18,265 nucleotides of DNA, taken from the NCBI GenBank assembly GCA_037445735.1, contig JBBIJY010000037.1, forward strand, positions 1 to 18,265, read 5' to 3'. Both the position numbers and the translations under genes were made by a program. The notes beneath the pieces are model-generated. The model did not search any database and was not told where the DNA came from. It saw only the letters and a program-made list of their open reading frames with translations. The stretch is from Armatimonadota bacterium (GTDB lineage: Bacteria > Armatimonadota > Fimbriimonadia > Fimbriimonadales > GBS-DC). Shown here in pieces: positions 16,102-18,265 of the stretch; the stretch's first letter is position 1, and each line of letters starts with the position of its first letter.

Positions 16102-18048
16102 ATGTTGAGCAAGAACGCACGGTCTGTTGTGACCCTGGTGGTGCTGGTGGTGATTGTGCTGCTGGTGATGCAGTACCTGACCCATCTGCAGCCTCACGGT
16201 GCACGCGAGTTGAGCTATACCGAGCTGGTGCGCGAGGTGAGCAGCCGCACCGTGGCGGAGGTGACCGTTCAGGGCACGCGGCTCAACGGCACTTTCAAAG
16301 ATGGCTCCCGCTTCTATGCCACCCTGCCCTCCGAAGGCGAAGCCCGCAACCAGCTCTACAAGCTGATGACCGACGCCAGCGTGCGGCTGAAGTTCTCGGA
16401 AGATAGCCGCATGCCCGATTTTGTGGGGCAGGTGCTGGTGATGTTCTTCGTGCTGGTGCTGGCGGGGCTGCTGTTCTATTTGCTGCTGGTGCGCCCCGCG
16501 CAGGCAGGCAATAATCAGGCATTTTCGTTCGGCAAAGCGCGCGCCCGCCGCTACAACGAGAGCATCCCGCGCGTGACCTTCGACGATGTGGCGGGCGTCG
16601 ACGAAGCAAAACAGGAGCTGGCTGAGATTGTGGACTACCTGAAAAACACGCGCAAGTATCAGGCGCTGGGCGCCAAAATCCCCAAAGGCGTGCTGCTGCT
16701 GGGACCGCCCGGCTGCGGCAAGACGCTGCTGGCGCGGGCAGTGGCAGGCGAGGCGGGTGTGCCCTTCTTCCATATCAGCGGCTCCGACTTCGTGGAGATG
16801 TTCGTCGGCGTGGGCGCTGCCCGTGTGCGCGACCTGTTCGAAAACGCCAAAGCGAACCGACCCGCGCTCATCTTCATCGATGAGATCGACGCCGTCGGAC
16901 GCCTGCGCGGTGCAGGGCTGGGCGGCGGACACGACGAACGCGAGCAAACGCTCAATCAGCTGCTCGTGGAGATGGACGGCTTCGACCCGAACCTCGGCAT
17001 CATTGTGATTGCCGCGACGAACCGCCCCGACATCCTGGACCCCGCCCTGCTGCGACCAGGGCGGTTCGACCGCCATGTGGTCGTGGATCCGCCCGATGTG
17101 GAGGGACGCCGCAAGATTCTGGAGGTTCACACGCGCGGCAAGCCGCTCGGACCCGATGTCGACCTCGACCTGCTGGCGAAGCGCACACCGGGCTTCACAG
17201 GCGCCGACTTAGCCAATCTGGTGAACGAAGCCGCGCTGATCGCCGCCCGACGCAACAAGACCCGCATCACGATGGAAGATTTCGAGGAGGCGACCGACCG
17301 TGTTATCGCCGGTCCCCAGCGGCGCAACCGTGTGATTGACCAGCAGGAGCGCACAATGATCGCCTACCATGAGGTCGGACACGCGATTGTGGGTGAGATG
17401 CTGCCGAACGCCGACCCCGTGCACAAGATTTCGATCCTGCCGCGGGGCATGGCGCTTGGCTACACGGTACAGATGCCCGAGCGCGACCGCTATCTCTACA
17501 CCAGGGCTGCCCTGCTGGATCGAATCACGGCGCTGCTGGGCGGGCGTGTGGCGGAAGAGATTGTGTTCGGCGAGGTGGGCACAGGCGCCCAGGACGACCT
17601 GCGCCGTGCCACCGAAATCGCCCGCGCGATGGTCACCGAGTACGGCATGAGTGAACGGCTCGGACCGCTCACCTTCGGGCGACGGCACGGCAGCCCCTTC
17701 CTGGGACGCGACCTGATGGAAGACCGCAACTACAGCGAGCAAATCGCCTACGAGATCGATCAGGAAGTGCGCCAGATTATTGAGAGCTGCTACGAGCGGG
17801 CGCGGCAAATCCTGCTGGAGAACCGCGAGAAGATGGATCGGATTGCGCAGGCGCTGCTGGAGCAGGAGAGCCTCACGCGCGAAGAGTTCCTCGCGCTGCT
17901 TCAGGGCGAGACGGCGCCCGCTGCGTCGCCAGCGCCCGCTGCGACCGCGCCTGCCGAAACCAGCCCCACTGAACCCGCCGAGAAGGGCGAATCGGCAGAG
18001 GCGTCCCCCACCACCAAGCGCCTCAAGCCACGCACCGCACCCAGCTAA
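16102..18048 (+). CDS. ftsH: ATP-dependent zinc metalloprotease FtsH
   Basis: Two TM helices, Walker A GPPGCGKT, Walker [31 protein letters not shown], zinc motif HEVGH and a low-complexity P/A/E/T tail. Confidence 0.98.
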   Translation: MLSKNARSVVTLVVLVVIVLLVMQYLTHLQPHGARELSYTELVREVSSRTVAEVTVQGTRLNGTFKDGSRFYATLPSEGEARNQLYKLMTDASVRLKFSEDSRMPDFVGQVLVMFFVLVLAGLLFYLLLVRPAQAGNNQAFSFGKARARRYNESIPRVTFDDVAGVDEAKQELAEIVDYLKNTRKYQALGAKIPKGVLLLGPPGCGKTLLARAVAGEAGVPFFHISGSDFVEMFVGVGAARVRDLFENAKANRPALIFIDEIDAVGRLRGAGLGGGHDEREQTLNQLLVEMDGFDPNLGIIVIAATNRPDILDPALLRPGRFDRHVVVDPPDVEGRRKILEVHTRGKPLGPDVDLDLLAKRTPGFTGADLANLVNEAALIAARRNKTRITMEDFEEATDRVIAGPQRRNRVIDQQERTMIAYHEVGHAIVGEMLPNADPVHKISILPRGMALGYTVQMPERDRYLYTRAALLDRITALLGGRVAEEIVFGEVGTGAQDDLRRATEIARAMVTEYGMSERLGPLTFGRRHGSPFLGRDLMEDRNYSEQIAYEIDQEVRQIIESCYERARQILLENREKMDRIAQALLEQESLTREEFLALLQGETAPAASPAPAATAPAETSPTEPAEKGESAEASPTTKRLKPRTAPS

Positions 18049-18079
18049 CCGCACGGTTCGCAGCACAAAAGCGACATCT

Positions 18080-18116
18080 AACCCCTCTCCCCCAACAGGG
18101 GAGAGGGGTTTCGTTT
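18080..18116 (+). terminator. Probable intrinsic terminator of ftsH (REP-derived hairpin)
   Basis: aacccctctcccc-caaca-ggggagaggggtt followed by tcgttt. Confidence 0.6.
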
Positions 18117-18118
18117 CT

Positions 18119-18265
18119 CCCGCTCCCCTCTGGGGAGCGGGTTGGGGTGAGGGGTTTTCACAGGTAAGAGCCGCTTTGCCCCCTCACCCGTACCCTCTCC
18201 CCCGCTGGGGGAGAGGGGCTTCAGAAACCCCTCACCCGTACCCTCTCCCCCGCTGGGGGAGAGGG
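18119..18265. repeat. REP-like cluster, including two identical tandem copies
   Basis: An inverted copy at about 18119-18154, then cccctcacccgtaccctctcccccgctgggggagaggg at 18180 and 18228 (48-bp period). It runs to the window edge. Confidence 0.9.

Noticed and set aside
13662-18066. Long minus-strand ORFs opposite rarA, the FGE gene and ftsH
   Set aside because: Antisense shadows of well-supported genes.
18180-18265. CRISPR array at the right edge
   Set aside because: The units are the same REP family seen elsewhere, and the gap is only about 9 nt.

Overview
This is a high-GC bacterial chromosomal window. The dockerin-like 'DDADLLxVLFxFG' tail and a PEP-CTERM protein suggest Armatimonadota, but that is inference. 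The housekeeping genes are ilvC with a sugar epimerase, a minus-strand run of trpC, a metallophosphoesterase, a small membrane protein and an archaeal-type GlmU-like enzyme, then mgtE, rarA, an FGE-sulfatase-domain protein and ftsH. Three accessory pieces stand out. (1) A cobalamin riboswitch controls a PEP-CTERM beta-rich surface protein and a BtuH-like, dockerin-tailed protein, a candidate surface B12-capture module. (2) A lower-GC two-gene operon (9078-12345) encodes two secreted proteins that together resemble a split vitellogenin/MTP-type large lipid transfer protein. (3) A secreted WD40 gene, cut by the window edge, has strongly G/T-skewed codons and sits behind an exactly duplicated consensus sigma70 promoter next to a MITE-like element. 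REP-like CCCCTCACCC...CCCTCTCCC...GGGAGAGGG palindromes occur in three intergenic clusters. All calls come from reading motifs by eye; no searches were run.
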